This document shows positions 1 to 12,611 of a stretch of 64,000 nucleotides of DNA, piece by piece. This stretch comes from Octopus bimaculoides. Its lineage: Eukaryota. The number at the start of each line of letters is the position of its first letter. Position 1 is the stretch's first letter. The position numbers and the translations under genes are program-made. A model generated the notes under the pieces. That model searched no databases, had not been told where the DNA came from, and saw only the letters and a program-made list of their open reading frames with translations. The stretch lies in assembly GCF_001194135.2 (NCBI RefSeq), contig NC_068983.1, forward strand, positions 114,809,438 through 114,873,437. Reading direction: 5' to 3'.

Positions 1-225
1 AAGACACCATTTCGAGCGTGGCCATTTTCGTGCGGGTGACACGTAAAAGCACCCACTACACTCTCTGAGTGGTTGGCGTTAGGAAGGGAATCCAGCTGTA
101 GAAACTCTGCCAAATTAGACTGGAGCCTGGTGTTGCCATCCGGTTTCACCAGTCCTCAGTCAAATCGTCCAACCCATGCTAGCATGGAAAGCGGACGTTA
201 AACGATGATGATGATGATGATGATG
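1..225 (+). mobile_element. RTE-LINE 3' UTR/tail fragment ending in (GAT)n
   Basis: gttggcgttaggaagg...ccaacccatgctagcatggaaagcggacgttaaacgatgatg; the same tail terminates the RT-bearing RTE copy at 43030-44850. Confidence 0.85.
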
Positions 226-805
226 TGACATTAATAAAAATCTGTAAATGTACAACCATCCAGATTTCTGAGTACCTTAATTTTTTTCTATAATATAATT
301 CCTGTACATCACCTCCAAACCTTCCAATATATATATACACATATATACACCACATGGTGCCACCAACATTAGATGTGCAGCTGTAGAGGACTATTTGAAA
401 TTCCTTTTTGAATGTTTTCTACAATTATGCCAAATCCTCCAGCCTAAATCAGTAACTAGCTTATTTCTTCTGTTACAAATAAAAGAAACACTTTTTACAT
501 GTTTTACTTACCAAGAAAGTATTTTTTAACTGGATTTAAAAAAAAATATACTTTATACCTCACGGAATTCTGCTAAAACTAATAACAATACCACTGATGA
601 TGCGACAGCACTACAGCACCAATAAGCTATTCATGATGAAGTAAGTACTCTTCTCATTTTATTTGCACTCTACATTTAAAACCAAAATCTACTTCAGTGC
701 CATTAAAAAAACCCATGATGACACTTCTATTGGATATATGAAGTGTTTCACTGACAATGTTGGTAAAGTATTCTCTCCTAACTGTATTTACCCCTCAAGC
801 ATTAA

Positions 806-1026
806 CCCTTTCATTACCAACCCGGCTAAAACCGGCTCTGGCTCTGTAGTACAAATGTCTTGTTTTCATAAGTTTTGAATTAAAATCTTCCACCAAACCT
901 TAGTCACAATTTATGTTCCTAACACGAGCTTAATGATAACTAAGTTATTTTACAAAATTCTTTGTTATATTTGAAGTAATTGAAAGAAGCACAGAGCATC
1001 TCAAAATAAATACAGTAACGAAAGGG
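806..1026. mobile_element. piggyBac-type MITE, family 1 (221 bp)
   Basis: TTAA|CCCTTTCATTAC ... GTAACGAAAGGG|TTAA: terminal inverted repeats with a TTAA target duplication. Confidence 0.85.
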
Positions 1027-1084
1027 TTAAGGTTGAAATCCCACTTTACATCACAGATTTTAGAGCAGAATGATTGAAGATCTT

Positions 1085-1890
1085 CTCAAAAGGGAGCTTT
1101 CTTAACAGTAATGCTTCATTCCTCTTCTCTCTGTATAATGCCTGTGATAGCAGAGTTTTTCATTCAGTGTTTTAAATTCATGCTTTAGAGTTATTACCTT
1201 TCTCTCAAGTGCTTGGTGTGAAGAGTCACTGTAGAGTTTTACTAATTTATACATAAGATGTAATTGGTGAAATGTAAGCTCATTCATTATACCCCTTACA
1301 TTTTATTATATTTAACCATCCAATATGGCAATGCAGATTGTTGATGCTTTCTCCAAGTTTTGTTTCCATCTCGGTTGCTTCTGCTTAGTAACTTCATCCC
1401 CATATATACTGCAGATATCTCCTTGATGTTATTTAAGAGTGATTGCAGCTGTATATATGAAGGGATTAATATTCCAGTAATTGACATCACATGATTCCAT
1501 GTACTCTCCAGTGATGTTGTTGATAAGTTTCAACATTGCAGCAGTTGGATTTTTCCTTAATCTTGTTGAGAATGGTCTGTAGTTCAATGATAGTTTCATA
1601 AAAGTAAGAAAGTTTTCTATGAACTATGGTCTCAAGATGTTTCCACGTTGAATATATTCCCCTCTTGAGTCAGCTACACAAGGATTTAGTGATGGCTACA
1701 GTGGTTTCTTTGCTTTATTTTAAGTCTCTCTTCTGGCAAACTTTGGCCAGTTCTCAATGAGAAGATTAATTAGCATAACAAAAGCAAGCCATTTTTTTGC
1801 AAAGAAAGATCTTAGTTGCTTTGTTGCCAAAGCTGGTTTATTGCAAAGGTGTTTAAGTTGGGGTTAGCTTCTCCTAGTATTTTTTTTTAA
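1085..1890 (-). mobile_element. Decayed pre-RT region of a probable R4/Dong-like LINE
   Basis: Frameshifted fragments (QPRWKQNLEK; LKHEFKTLNEKLCYHRHYTERR) resemble the basic region upstream of RT in R4/Dong ORFs. Recognised by eye only. Confidence 0.4.
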
Positions 1891-2119
1891 CTACTTCATA
1901 TATCTGATAGAAGTGTCACCATGGTTTTTTTTTTATAGCACTGAAGTAGATCTTGGTTTAAATGTACAGTGTAAATAAAATGAGAAAAGTGCTTACTTCA
2001 TCATGAATAGTTTATTGGTGCTGTAGTACCATTTTCATCAGTGGTATGTCCAGGTTGAGCAGGATATAAAGATAGGTATCCGAAAACTTCCATAATAACT
2101 GCAAGCAAACTGCATAATG

Positions 2120-2300
2120 AAAAAACACCTGGAAGAGACTTAATAGTTGGATATTGATATAACAGGCAGACTTTTTATAGAAAGCTATTAAAAGAACTAT
2201 GGAAGGTCAGATTGACATGCCATGACAAATCGTGTGGCCAAGAATGAAACCACTGAGTTGGCAGAAAACTATAGGTCCTTATTTGCCTGTAGAAAGTGGT
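2120..2300 (+). mobile_element. Decayed start of RT domain, R4/Dong-like LINE
   Basis: TPGRDLIVGY*Y ... AKNETTELAENYR..AC resembles KAPGxDxIxxFWYK ... NYRPIxC. Contains stops and frameshifts. Confidence 0.5.
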
Positions 2301-2545
2301 GAATTGTTCATAGTAGAAGAGATGACACCACCACTCATAGCTTGCAATTTTTTAAGAATGTGAATGTAAACAATTACACAGGTACACATATATGTCTACC
2401 TGTGTCAATGGTTCTAAAAGCAAACTTCGTTTGTTTGTTTACGTTTATCAAAATCTGAATTTAATATATNNNNNNNNNNNNNNNNNNNNNNNNNNNNNNN
2501 NNNNNNNNNNNNNNNNNNNNNNNNNNTATATATATATATATATAT

Positions 2546-2852
2546 CAACATCATCATCATCATCGTCGTTTAACGTCCGCTTTCCATGCTAGCATGGGTT
2601 GGACGATTTGACTGAGGACTGGTGAAACCAGATGGTAACACCAGGCTCCAATCTGATTTGGCAGAGTTTCTACAGCTGGATGCCCTTCCTAACGCCAACC
2701 ACTCAGAGAGTGTAGTGGGTGCTTTTACGTGTCACCCGCACGAAGGCCAGTCAGGCGGTACTGGCAATGGCCACGCTCAAAATGGTGTATTTTATGTGCC
2801 ACCCGCACAAGAACCAGTCCAGAGGCACTGGCAACGATCTCGCTCGAAAGTC
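2546..2852 (-). mobile_element. RTE-LINE 3' tail
   Basis: Near-identical reverse complement of 1-225, with its (GAT)n end abutting a (TA)n tract. Confidence 0.85.
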
Positions 2853-3377
2853 CTTATCTGTGTCTATATAGATCCTGCCAAACACCAGAATCTAGGTTGA
2901 CACACATTTCTTTGACTTATCCTTCTGAAGATGGGCTTTGTGCCTGAAATAGATAAAGGCTTTCCAACTTTCTTCACTGCATTGTTAGCTTTTCTCATTT
3001 CCCTTCTGTTTATTACAGAAACATGTACTGAACTAACTGTTTGCAGCATCACACTAAATTATAATTGAGAGCTGAGTGACATCACTGCTGTAGACTGTAC
3101 TTGAACTTGCTCTCAAATTTATAACATTCCATATGTTAGGTAGAGCAGCATCTCTAGTTGACTGGTTTCAGTCAACTTGCTCAACTGTTTAGTTTATTAT
3201 CAACCTCTTACAACCTACCACTTTTAATGTAAACACTAACACAGAAATACATATAAACACATACACACAAAGATGAGCAGTATGTCATTGATAAAAATCA
3301 AAAGATAATAATGATTGATATTCTTAAATGATTTTAAATAAGACTTTTGTTTTGACTTGGTAATAATACAAGTATTG

Positions 3378-3411
<34 letters not shown>

Positions 3412-3482
3412 AGACATTTTGCCTCTGCTAAAAAGCAATAAAATCTTACCATCTGTGTGGTGGCTGCTTCTCTGCTATCAGT

Positions 3483-3674
3483 CTAGGGATGACATTCGTC
3501 AAACGGAGGTAAGCCAAACAATTCTGGTTGGAAGTCTTCCAGTGTGTCTAATATAATAGAAACTTTGTCCAGAAGCTGTGAACGGTTGGCACGGGAATCT
3601 GGCACCCAGACAACCTGCATTCCAGCAGAAACACCAGAAAGAACTCCATTCGGTGCATCTTCAAAAACAAGTAT
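3483..3674 (-). CDS. PUDP: Terminal coding exon of pseudouridine-5'-phosphatase (HAD family, PUDP/HDHD1-like)
   Basis: My translation of the minus strand after the acceptor ccttctctttcatAG (AG at 3676-3675): ILVFEDAPNGVLSGVSAGMQVVWVPDSRANRSQLLDKVSIILDTLEDFQPELFGLPPFDECHP-stop (TAG 3485-3483). It contains HAD motif IV (EDAPNG) and the FQPELFGLP C-terminus typical of HDHD1/GS1. It is not listed in this frame in the ORF track. Confidence 0.93.
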   Translation of the reverse strand: MLVFEDAPNGVLSGVSAGMQVVWVPDSRANRSQLLDKVSIILDTLEDFQPELFGLPPFDECHP

Positions 3675-3687
3675 CTATGAAAGAGAA

Positions 3688-3689
<2 letters not shown>

Positions 3690-3770
<81 letters not shown>
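3690..3770. repeat. Compound (TA)n(TG)n microsatellite next to the PUDP acceptor
   Basis: Directly visible. Dozens of similar (TA)n, (CA)n, (GA)n, (ATC)n, (ATT)n and (TATG)n tracts occur across the window. Confidence 0.95.
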
Positions 3771-3771
<1 letters not shown>

Positions 3772-4342
3772 GCACGTATGTTTTATATAATGAGCTGTAT
3801 TTCATATGTCTAAAGTGGAGGAATGCTACTAATTCTGTTAAAATCCAAGAACTGATAGGAAGGTTAGTCAAGAAAGAGAAGAGAGAGAGTAGACACTCTT
3901 TCAGCATTGGCTAACCAAAAGTGTAATAGAAATATGATGGATTCAGGTGAGATATGTTCCATCAGTTACAGTAAGTACACTACAATTGTACAACATATCT
4001 ATGTAAGATACTGCCAGCAGGTACATTAGGTAGGGTACATTACTGTTGTATCACTATCAGAAAGGGTATTTTAGTAGTACCACTGACCCATGTGGTACAT
4101 ATTATCAATTAATGTGGATGATTATACTTATGTTACTGATCCGTGTAGCACACTACAAGTTGAGGCAGAGCAATATCTTTGATACAATTGAGATGCTACC
4201 AGCTATTTAAGTAGAAACGTTAAAACAACATTTAATGGTATAAGTGAGCTATCACTTGTTAATGAACAATGCCAGGCATTGTCATATTAGTTCAAGTAGA
4301 AGCATTACAGCAACATCACTATTCTATGTTTGACAGCATAAG

Positions 4343-4511
4343 CAGTACCATCTTAAGGCATGGGGTCACTGAGCAATTGCCTGGGGGCTGCAAGGGTCTA
4401 GGGCTCCATTTCTGATATATATATGCAGTGGCTTGCTGGCAGTAAATATATTGTATAGGGCCCAGTGCATTTAGTTGCCTAGGACCTAATAATGCTATTA
4501 AGATGGCCCTG
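4343..4511. mobile_element. Degenerate hAT-type MITE
   Basis: Ends cagtaccatcttaa ... ttaagatggccctg form an imperfect TIR. No clean TSD. Confidence 0.5.
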
Positions 4512-5640
4512 AACTATATGTCAAGGCGTGATCATTACAGATATATCAGTATATCATTGATAAGTGAATGAAATTACAAGATATGACTAGTTCTAAACAA
4601 TAATGCTAGTAACCTTCAGTTAAGTTAACTAAAATATTTAATACATAAACACAGTCTAACATGCAAGAATATCACTTACAAATCTTGTGAGGAGCTTCCA
4701 TTCATAAACTCATAACCATATTGAGTTAGAAACTATTTCTTTATAGAAAATCAGATTAAAACAAACAAGACAGAACAGAGCAATAGAACATATCAAGACT
4801 GGAATTTAATCTTTTTCATATATACACAAATCAGTGCACATTATGATCTCTATACCACAAAGTTTGTTTGGTTCAACTCAACAGGTAAATATATTCACAA
4901 AGTTCACCCTTGTATCCTTGCCTCTTGATACTGAAATTGAATGCATCTTTTCACTCTGAAGTTAATTAGTTGTTGTTTTTTCATCAACCATAATAACACA
5001 CAAGAAATACTCTCACTCCCTGACCTGGTTATTGATTCAGTCAGTCACTCATATACTTCGTACAGTCGATGAATCAAACAGTTCTCTTGAATAGAGCAGT
5101 AGCTGTAATTCACTCCTAGTTTCCTCTGGTAGTGAGCCAAAAGTGAATGGAAATATGTAATACACTTTCAGTAACATGTCCTGCAATGCTGATATCAAAA
5201 TGAGAGAGAAACAGTAACCTAATACCCAAAGCTACAGCAATAACTTATGTAGTATTCACAAACTATCAAGTCACTTTCACTGTAAAAATAAACAGCTTTT
5301 CCTGTAATCTTTAACTTTTCCTTAGAAAACTTTTAGAATGCTTATTTATAATCAGGGTATTTCTATCAAATAGTAACCTTTAATGTTTTAATGTTTCAAT
5401 CTAAAAATAATCCTTACCTACTATTCCCGCATTTCTATCACAGAAAATTCTTCAGCATAGGATTTTTTTTTTCTACCATTTACTCAGACAGGAAAAGGCA
5501 GTGGTTGAAAATGAGAGTTAACTTCAAACCAGAAATCTGGCTCAAATGCTTGCACAAGGGTGAACTCTACTAAAAATACTCGAGAGCCAGATGTTTGTGT
5601 TAAACTAAGAAACAGACGAAGTCACTACTCAAATACTACA

Positions 5641-5800
5641 CAGGGGCAGACCCAAGGGGGTGGCAGTCTGAGAGGCACGTGACCCCCTCAAGAAAAGAAG
5701 TGCACCCTTCTAAATAATGTTATTACAACCTTTTCTCCTGGAACTGTATTCCCTTCTCAACTTGTGCCATCCCTTCGAAAAATTCCTGGGACCAACCCTG
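5641..5800. mobile_element. MITE with CAGGG...CCCTG ends
   Basis: caggggcagaccca ... tgggaccaaccctg, flanked on both sides by ctaca (5636-5640, 5801-5805). Confidence 0.55.
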
Positions 5801-6618
5801 CTACAAACTATCTCATCCAAAGCACTGTGCTCTAATAATGCTGTCAATTCACTATCTTTGATAATGGTAATGATACATTTTCTTAGCAAATAAATTTACA
5901 AGCAATAGATTTTTGTTATGCAATTTCTGGAAACCGATCTTGATTTACAAATCAACTGATAAAGTCAACATCAATGGTCTTATAAGTTAAAATATAAATA
6001 TTTGCTTCCCTTTAATGTATGCGTACATGTGTGCTCAAGTCTGTGTGAGTGAGAGAATGTACATATGAGTGACAGGGCCAATCGATAGGGCAGAGAGAGA
6101 GGGGGAGTCAGGGAGAGTCACATAAACTGAATCAAAGAGAGAGTGACTGAGAGAGAAAGAGTAAGAGATAGTGAATGAGAAATTGAAAATGATAAAATAA
6201 GAAAAATCAATGTATAAACAGAGAAACACATACACACATAGAGTTAAACATATAATATACAAATATGCAGACTTATATCCAAATATAATTAGAGGAAGCA
6301 AGCAGTGGAGGAATGTACACTAACATGAAAAGAGCAGAAATACCAAATACTTCAAGTGCAGGGTTTCATTGAGAAGTGAAAGAATATGAGAACTCAATGG
6401 ACAACAAGGTAGTCAAAGTGTTACACACACACACATGTATACAGGCCTGTAATTTATAGATTTGTATGTGTGCAAATATATTTGTGCGCATTTCAACTTT
6501 AAACAACGATTGACCCTCATGCAAAGTATAAGTGCACCTCACCTACATGAGTTAGTGGAGCTGCTATACACACGCACGCACATGCACACATACACATGCA
6601 CACATACGCACACACACA

Positions 6619-6654
<36 letters not shown>

Positions 6655-6737
6655 CACATACAAGAACAAACGTTCTAGATGTCATCCAAAAGCACATCTG
6701 ACCAAGTGGCAAATCTACACCCACCAGTATGCTACGT

Positions 6738-6900
6738 TAACCCTTTAGCTTTCAAATTACTCTGACAAATGTAAAGTTTATTTATTCATATTATTTTCAA
6801 TTAATCATGTATTATGTCACAGATTTGAGATCTTGATGATGTCATTGTCTATTTTTAGAATGACATTGTAGGATAAGTGTGAGAGATTAGATCAGGCAAG
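6738..6900. mobile_element. Partial TTAA MITE, family 2
   Basis: ttaaccctttagc...tttttagaatgacattgtagg, homologous to the complete copies at 31051 and 61187. Confidence 0.7.
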
Positions 6901-6950
6901 TTTCTTACCACACAACCACGCATAATGTATTCTGACAAACATAGTATACT

Positions 6951-7361
6951 CTTTACTCTTACTCTTTTACTTGTTTCAGTCTTTTGACTGTGGCCATACT
7001 GGAGCACCGCCTTTAGTCGAGCAAATCGACCCCAGGACTTATTCTTTGGAAGCCTAGTACTTATTCTTTCGGTCTCTTTTGCCGAACCGCTAAGTTACAG
7101 GGACATAAACACACCAGCATCGGTTGTCAAGCGATGTTGGGGGGACAAGCACAGACATACAAACACATACACACATACATATATATATACATATATACGA
7201 CAGGCTTCTTTCAGTTTCCGTCTACCAAATCCACTCACAAGGCATTGGTCGGCCCGAGGCTATAGTAGAAGACACTTGTCCAAGATGCCACGCAGTGGGA
7301 CTGAACCCGGGACCATGTGGTTGGTAAGCAAGCTACTTACCACACAGCCACTCCTACGCCT
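6951..7361 (-). mobile_element. tRNA-derived SINE family A, near full length
   Basis: Head ggcgtaggagtggctgtgtggtaag (A box) ... gggttcagtccc (B box), an internal (TA/TG)n tract, and a (AAAGAGT)n-like tail. Confidence 0.9.
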
Positions 7362-7696
7362 ATATCATCATNNNNNNNNNNNNNNNNNNNNNNNNNNNNN
7401 NNNNNNNNNNNNNNNNNNNNNNNNNNNNNNNNNNNNNNNNNNNNNNNNNNNNNNNNNNNNNNNNNNNNNNNNNNNNNNNNNNNNNNNNNNNNNNNNNNNN
7501 NNNNNNNNNNNNNNNNNNNNNNNNNNNNNNNNNNNNNNNNNNNNNNNNNNNNNNNNNNNNNNNNNNNNNNNNNNNNNNNNNNNNNNNNNNNNNNNNNNNN
7601 NNNNNNNNNNNNNNNNNNNNNNNNNNNNNNNNNNNNNNNNNNNNNNNNNNNNNNNNNNNNNNNNNNNNNNNNNNNNNNNNNNNNNNNNNNNNNNNN

Positions 7697-7740
<44 letters not shown>

Positions 7741-8334
7741 CACACACACATATCTGTATACATGTAGACAAATATATGTGAGGGCATAAACATACATACA
7801 AGCATACATATTAAAAAGAAAGAGGGAGAAAGAGAGAGAGGGAGAGAAAGAGAGCAAGAGAGAAATGGACAGATATGCACACACACACACACACATAAGA
7901 GAAAGTCACAGAGACACACAGACAGAGTATGACCAACTGCCACAAAATAGTCTAAACTGGCTTACTGAGATCATAAACGTGATAATTACAATGGTTAAAG
8001 GTTTCTATTTGCAGGGCTGTGGTTATTCAGATTCATTGACTAGCCATACACTAGCAACACAGACAGGCAACACCTTCAAATGAATACATATACAACAATT
8101 GCCAACAGAATAGTATACAGATTGTACAGACTTACACAACTGTACATGTGTGTGTGTGTGTGTGTGCGTGCACCTAAGTACACATATAATTGAAATTACA
8201 GACACATATACATAAGTAAATGCATATAACAATCATCATCATCATCATCATCATCATATTACATCCGTTTTCTATAGTAGTATGGGTTGGGTGATTTATT
8301 GTGTGTGTGTGTGTGTGTGTATTATATATACTCA

Positions 8335-8664
8335 TTTATTCTTTTACCTGTTATAGTCATTTGACTGTGGCCATGCTGGAACACCGCCTTGACACCAGGA
8401 CGAGCTGCTAAGTTATGGGGGACGTAAACACACCAACACCGGTTGTCAAGTGGTGATAGGGGGGGACGAGCACAGCCACATACACACACACACAAATATG
8501 TGACAGGCTTCTTTCAGTTTCCGTTTACCAAATCCACTCACAAGGCTTTGGTCAGCCCAAGGCTATAGTAGAAGAGACTTGCCCAAGGTGCTACCCAATG
8601 GGATTGAACCTCGAACCATGTGGTTGGGAAGCAAACTTCTTACCACACAGTCACACCTGTACCT
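8335..8664 (-). mobile_element. SINE A, diverged
   Basis: Same head and body motifs as 6951-7361. Confidence 0.8.
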
Positions 8665-8764
8665 ATATGTATATATATCACCAGTATCATCATTTAAATG
8701 ATTCAAGATCATATATATATATGTGGGTACACATGTGTGTCCATATCCATCTATCCCCTCACAC

Positions 8765-8860
8765 ATCGTCGTCGTCGTCGTTTAACGTCCGCTTTCCATG
8801 CTAGCATGGGTTGGACGATTTGACTGAGGACTGGTGAAACCAGATGGCTACACCAGGCTC
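8765..8860 (-). mobile_element. 5'-truncated RTE 3' tail fused to the Gypsy fragment
   Basis: Identical to the last ~95 bp of 2546-2852; joins Gypsy RT sequence at ggctc|aggcattc. Confidence 0.85.
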
Positions 8861-10708
8861 AGGCATTCTCCTACGTACATGGCTGGCACTACAGTCTCGT
8901 CAACCAAAATGTCGTCAATGTAGGAACTGGTGGCCTTCCTTATCTTCTCCTCTTTCCCTAGGATGGACTTGAGCACCATTGCCATGATTTTTGGAGCAGA
9001 ATTCAGCCCAAAACCCAGTACGTCCGGCCCTTGTGCCGCACCAGCTGATATCGCCACAGCTTGCTACTCACATGGAGCTGCAAATATGCTGACTTCAAGT
9101 CGACGATCGTCGCTGCCTTGGTCAACTGTCTCCACACACGCAACGTCTCACTACAAACGTTCGTTGCCTCGCCTCCTGTGTGGCACGATATATGTTCGTT
9201 CAGCTTCCTAAAGTCCAACACCGGTCTGACTTTTCCCTTCGTTGGCTGCACCACCGCCATCAGAGGTAGCACTCCGCTCACCACCTCCTCTTTCCACAGG
9301 ACAAGGACTCCTTCCTTGATCCATCTCTCTACCTCCTCGTCGAACTCAACCCNNNNNNNNNNNNNNNNNNNNNNNNNNNNNNNNNNNNNNNNNNNNNNNN
9401 NNNNNNNNNNNNNNNNNNNNNNNNNNNNNNNNNNNNNNNNNNNNNNNNNNNNNNNNNNNNNNNNNNNNNNNNNNNNNNNNNNNNNNNNNNNNNNNNNNNN
9501 NNNNNNNNNNNNNNNNNNNNNNNNNNNNNNNNNNNNNNNNNNNNNNNNNNNNNNNNNNNNNNNNNNNNNNNNNNNNNNNNNNNNNNNNNNNNNNNNNNNN
9601 NNNNNNNNNNNNNNNNNNNNNNNNNNNNNNNNNNNNNNNNNNNNNNNNNNNNNNNNNNNNNNNNNNNNNNNNNNNNNNNNNNNNNNNNNNNNNNNNNNNN
9701 NNNNNNNNNNNNNNNNNNNNNNNNNNNNNNNNNNNNNNNNNNNNNNNNNNNNNNNNNNNNNNNNNNNNNNCATATTCGATCATGATTACCCGTAGCCTTA
9801 GCGCCGCACTTGGCAACGCTATCTCCACACTGCAGCTGCCCTTGCAACGGATGTCTCTGCCGTCGACTGCCCGGATGCTACTCGCCCCATCCCATTTCTT
9901 CGCTACCCTTGGTGTCACGAGGGTAGTTGTGCAACCCGTGTCCACGAGGGCCTTGAGCTTCTTCCCCTCAGCCTTGACCTCGACTACGGGCAGCGTCTCC
10001 ACAAGCGCCTCTACTCGGTTGCGGGGAAAGTTTGAGAGGCAGCAACTTCCCCACGGTCGATTCCCTGGTCGCAATCATGGGTGATGTGCCCCGCCTTCCT
10101 GCATCGATAGCAGATGGGCCCCGATTTGGCGCATTCCCTAGCTACGTGCGACCCCTGACATTTAAAACACCGGCCCGAGAACGGTGCTGTCGTTGCTCGG
10201 TAGGCTTCCTCACGCTTTTCTCCAGCTGTCGTCTGTTGGAACACACCTCCGTCGCCGCCATCACTATCGTCTTTCGTCCGACGTGTTGTGTCAACAAGCG
10301 AGCTTGTGCTACAAGCTCACTGAGTGCCATCTTTCTCCCACCAGGCAACTGCTGCAATCAAATCCCTATGTCATCAGGGAACCCACTCACAAATGCCAGC
10401 TGCGTTGCTCTGTCCAGGCCTTCTCCCGTAAACCCAGCCAACGTGGCCAGCCTACGCACTTCCACCGCGTATTCATCCACCTGTTCTACCCCCCCTCCCC
10501 ATCTAACAGTCCCCAGTTTTACAAAGGCAGCGTACTCGCTCTCCGTATATGCCTCTCTCAATCTCTGCTCGATTTTCTCTGCACTTAACTTCTCTTCCTC
10601 GCCCATCTCTAAATACAGAGTCAGGGCGCTTCCTTCCAAGTATAGCACCATAAGACTTGCCACATCGCTTATCCCTTGCAGTTTCGCCACAAGCCTGATC
10701 TTTCGCAT
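8861..10708 (-). mobile_element. Inactive Ty3/Gypsy-like retrotransposon fragment (gag, protease, RT)
   Basis: Gag-like helical region, knuckles CFKCQGSHVAREC and CYRCRKAGHITHDC, protease ALVDTGC, and RT motifs RPVLDFRKLN, VDLKSAYLQL, GFGLNSAP, YIDD. There is a stop at ~10358 and frameshifts near 10190 and 9020. It ends ~20 codons after YIDD; no RNase H, integrase or LTR is visible and the 5' end lies in a gap. Confidence 0.85.
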
Positions 10709-11425
10709 NNNNNNNNNNNNNNNNNNNNNNNNNNNNNNNNNNNNNNNNNNNNNNNNNNNNNNNNNNNNNNNNNNNNNNNNNNNNNNNNNNNNNNNNNNNN
10801 NNNNNNNNNNNNNNNNNNNNNNNNNNNNNNNNNNNNNNNNNNNNNNNNNNNNNNNNNNNNNNNNNNNNNNNNNNNNNNNNNNNNNNNNNNNNNNNNNNNN
10901 NNNNNNNNNNNNNNNNNNNNNNNNNNNNNNNNNNNNNNNNNNNNNNNNNNNNNNNNNNNNNNNNNNNNNNNNNNNNNNNNNNNNNNNNNNNNNNNNNNNN
11001 NNNNNNNNNNNNNNNNNNNNNNNNNNNNNNNNNNNNNNNNNNNNNNNNNNNNNNNNNNNNNNNNNNNNNNNNNNNNNNNNNNNNNNNNNNNNNNNNNNNN
11101 NNNNNNNNNNNNNNNNNNNNNNNNNNNNNNNNNNNNNNNNNNNNNNNNNNNNNNNNNNNNNNNNNNNNNNNNNNNNNNNNNNNNNNNNNNNNNNNNNNNN
11201 NNNNNNNNNNNNNNNNNNNNNNNNNNNNNNNNNNNNNNNNNNNNNNNNNNNNNNNNNNNNNNNNNNNNNNNNNNNNNNNNNNNNNNNNNNNNNNNNNNNN
11301 NNNNNNNNNNNNNNNNNNNNNNNNNNNNNNNNNNNNNNNNNNNNNNNNNNNNNNNNNNNNNNNNNNNNNNNNNNNNNNNNNNNNNNNNNNNNNNNNNNNN
11401 NNNNNNNNNNNNNNNNNNNNNNNNN

Positions 11426-11464
<39 letters not shown>

Positions 11465-12611
11465 ACAAATACGATGGTGAAAACACACAATGCACATGTA
11501 AATACTTATGTATGGCATGTATTATATTCATAGAAATATGCTTATATTCACAGCTTTGATTTTAATTGGTTTTCTTTCTACATTTTCTTAAAAAGTAAAA
11601 TGCAGGTAATCCTTGGGAGCAATTGACAAACAAAAGGTAAAGGCAAGAAGAAGTGACAAACCATTCCTGTTAAACACATAGATAAATAAGGTTCAACGGA
11701 AGGGTTTAAGTTGTCAGTCACGTAGTTTATAAGTCTGTTCTTGTCTTATATTTTTTTTGTTTTTTGTGTGGCATTTATGTAAGTCAGTGTGAAAGCAAAA
11801 CATTCTTTTGCTTATGCCTGTATTATTGTTGTTATTGTCATTGCTGTTGTCTGCATCAGACCAGATCATTTCCAACACACCTGACATTTACAAGAAGAGT
11901 AAAGAACAAGGATATAGTGAAAAAAAAAAAAAAAGAATAATAATTAAACAATGAAAGAAAGAAGTGGAAAAGGAAATGATCTTGAAAAAGAAAAGAAAGA
12001 TGGGAAGAAAAAATGAACAGAAAAAGAACACAAACAAATGAATATAACATGAAAAATAAAAAGAGAAAATTGAAAGCCCTAAAGGAAAGGATTTTTAAGC
12101 TTCGCTTTCTACGCCCCACTGCACCTTAACTACCATTCTTTCTGTATTTCCCAATTTCTTTTCTTCCCCCAATTTTCATTTATACGTTTCTATAGACATT
12201 AACTGGGCCCAATTTCTTTGACCAGTTCTTTTCATTTTTTTTTTTATATTTTTTTCTTTTCCAGAGCAAAAGACGTTTTATTAAAGTTAAAAAACACTGG
12301 AAGACAAAATAACACCATGACCTGTAGCATCACATTCAAAGATGCTATGACAATACAACAATGTTGAATTGATTGCTTGGCCCTTTCACTTGCATTCAAT
12401 AACTCCTAACAAAAAGAAAAAAATAAGAATGGTGGTTGTGGTGGTGGTGGTGGTGGTGGTAGGGGCAATGGTTTGCAAACATGGTGACTGTACAACCAGC
12501 GCTTCTTATACCAGCATCATGTGAATCAAATCAACTAGTAGCAAAAGAGTTATTTTGTATCTTAGTACTGGGGTTGTACTGAACATAGCTGGTGGGGAAG
12601 ACATCTTTTAT

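Larger units (their letters stand above)
588..2047. repeat. Diverged ~155-bp inverted repeat pair (588-743 and 1893-2047)
   Basis: ataccactgatg...ctattcatgatgaagtaag...ctacttcagtgc...gatatatgaagt at 588-743 matches the reverse complement of 1893-2047, with scattered mismatches. Confidence 0.8.

Noticed and set aside
2864-3052. 62-aa basic ORF downstream of the PUDP stop as an alternative last exon
   Set aside because: Splicing from the phase-0 donor would give only six codons, and the long frame has no recognisable homology.
4680-5240. Possible extra minus-strand exons (FLTQYGYEFMNGSSSQD before a GTAAGT donor at 4679; DMLLKVYYIFPF...RSI)
   Set aside because: The MMP-like YGY look is too short, the acceptors are weak, and no partner exons were found. 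Worth one look in RNA-seq, but not supportable from sequence.
10032-11480. 482-aa plus-strand ORF
   Set aside because: It is the antisense shadow of the Gypsy gag region, and about half of it is N-gap.
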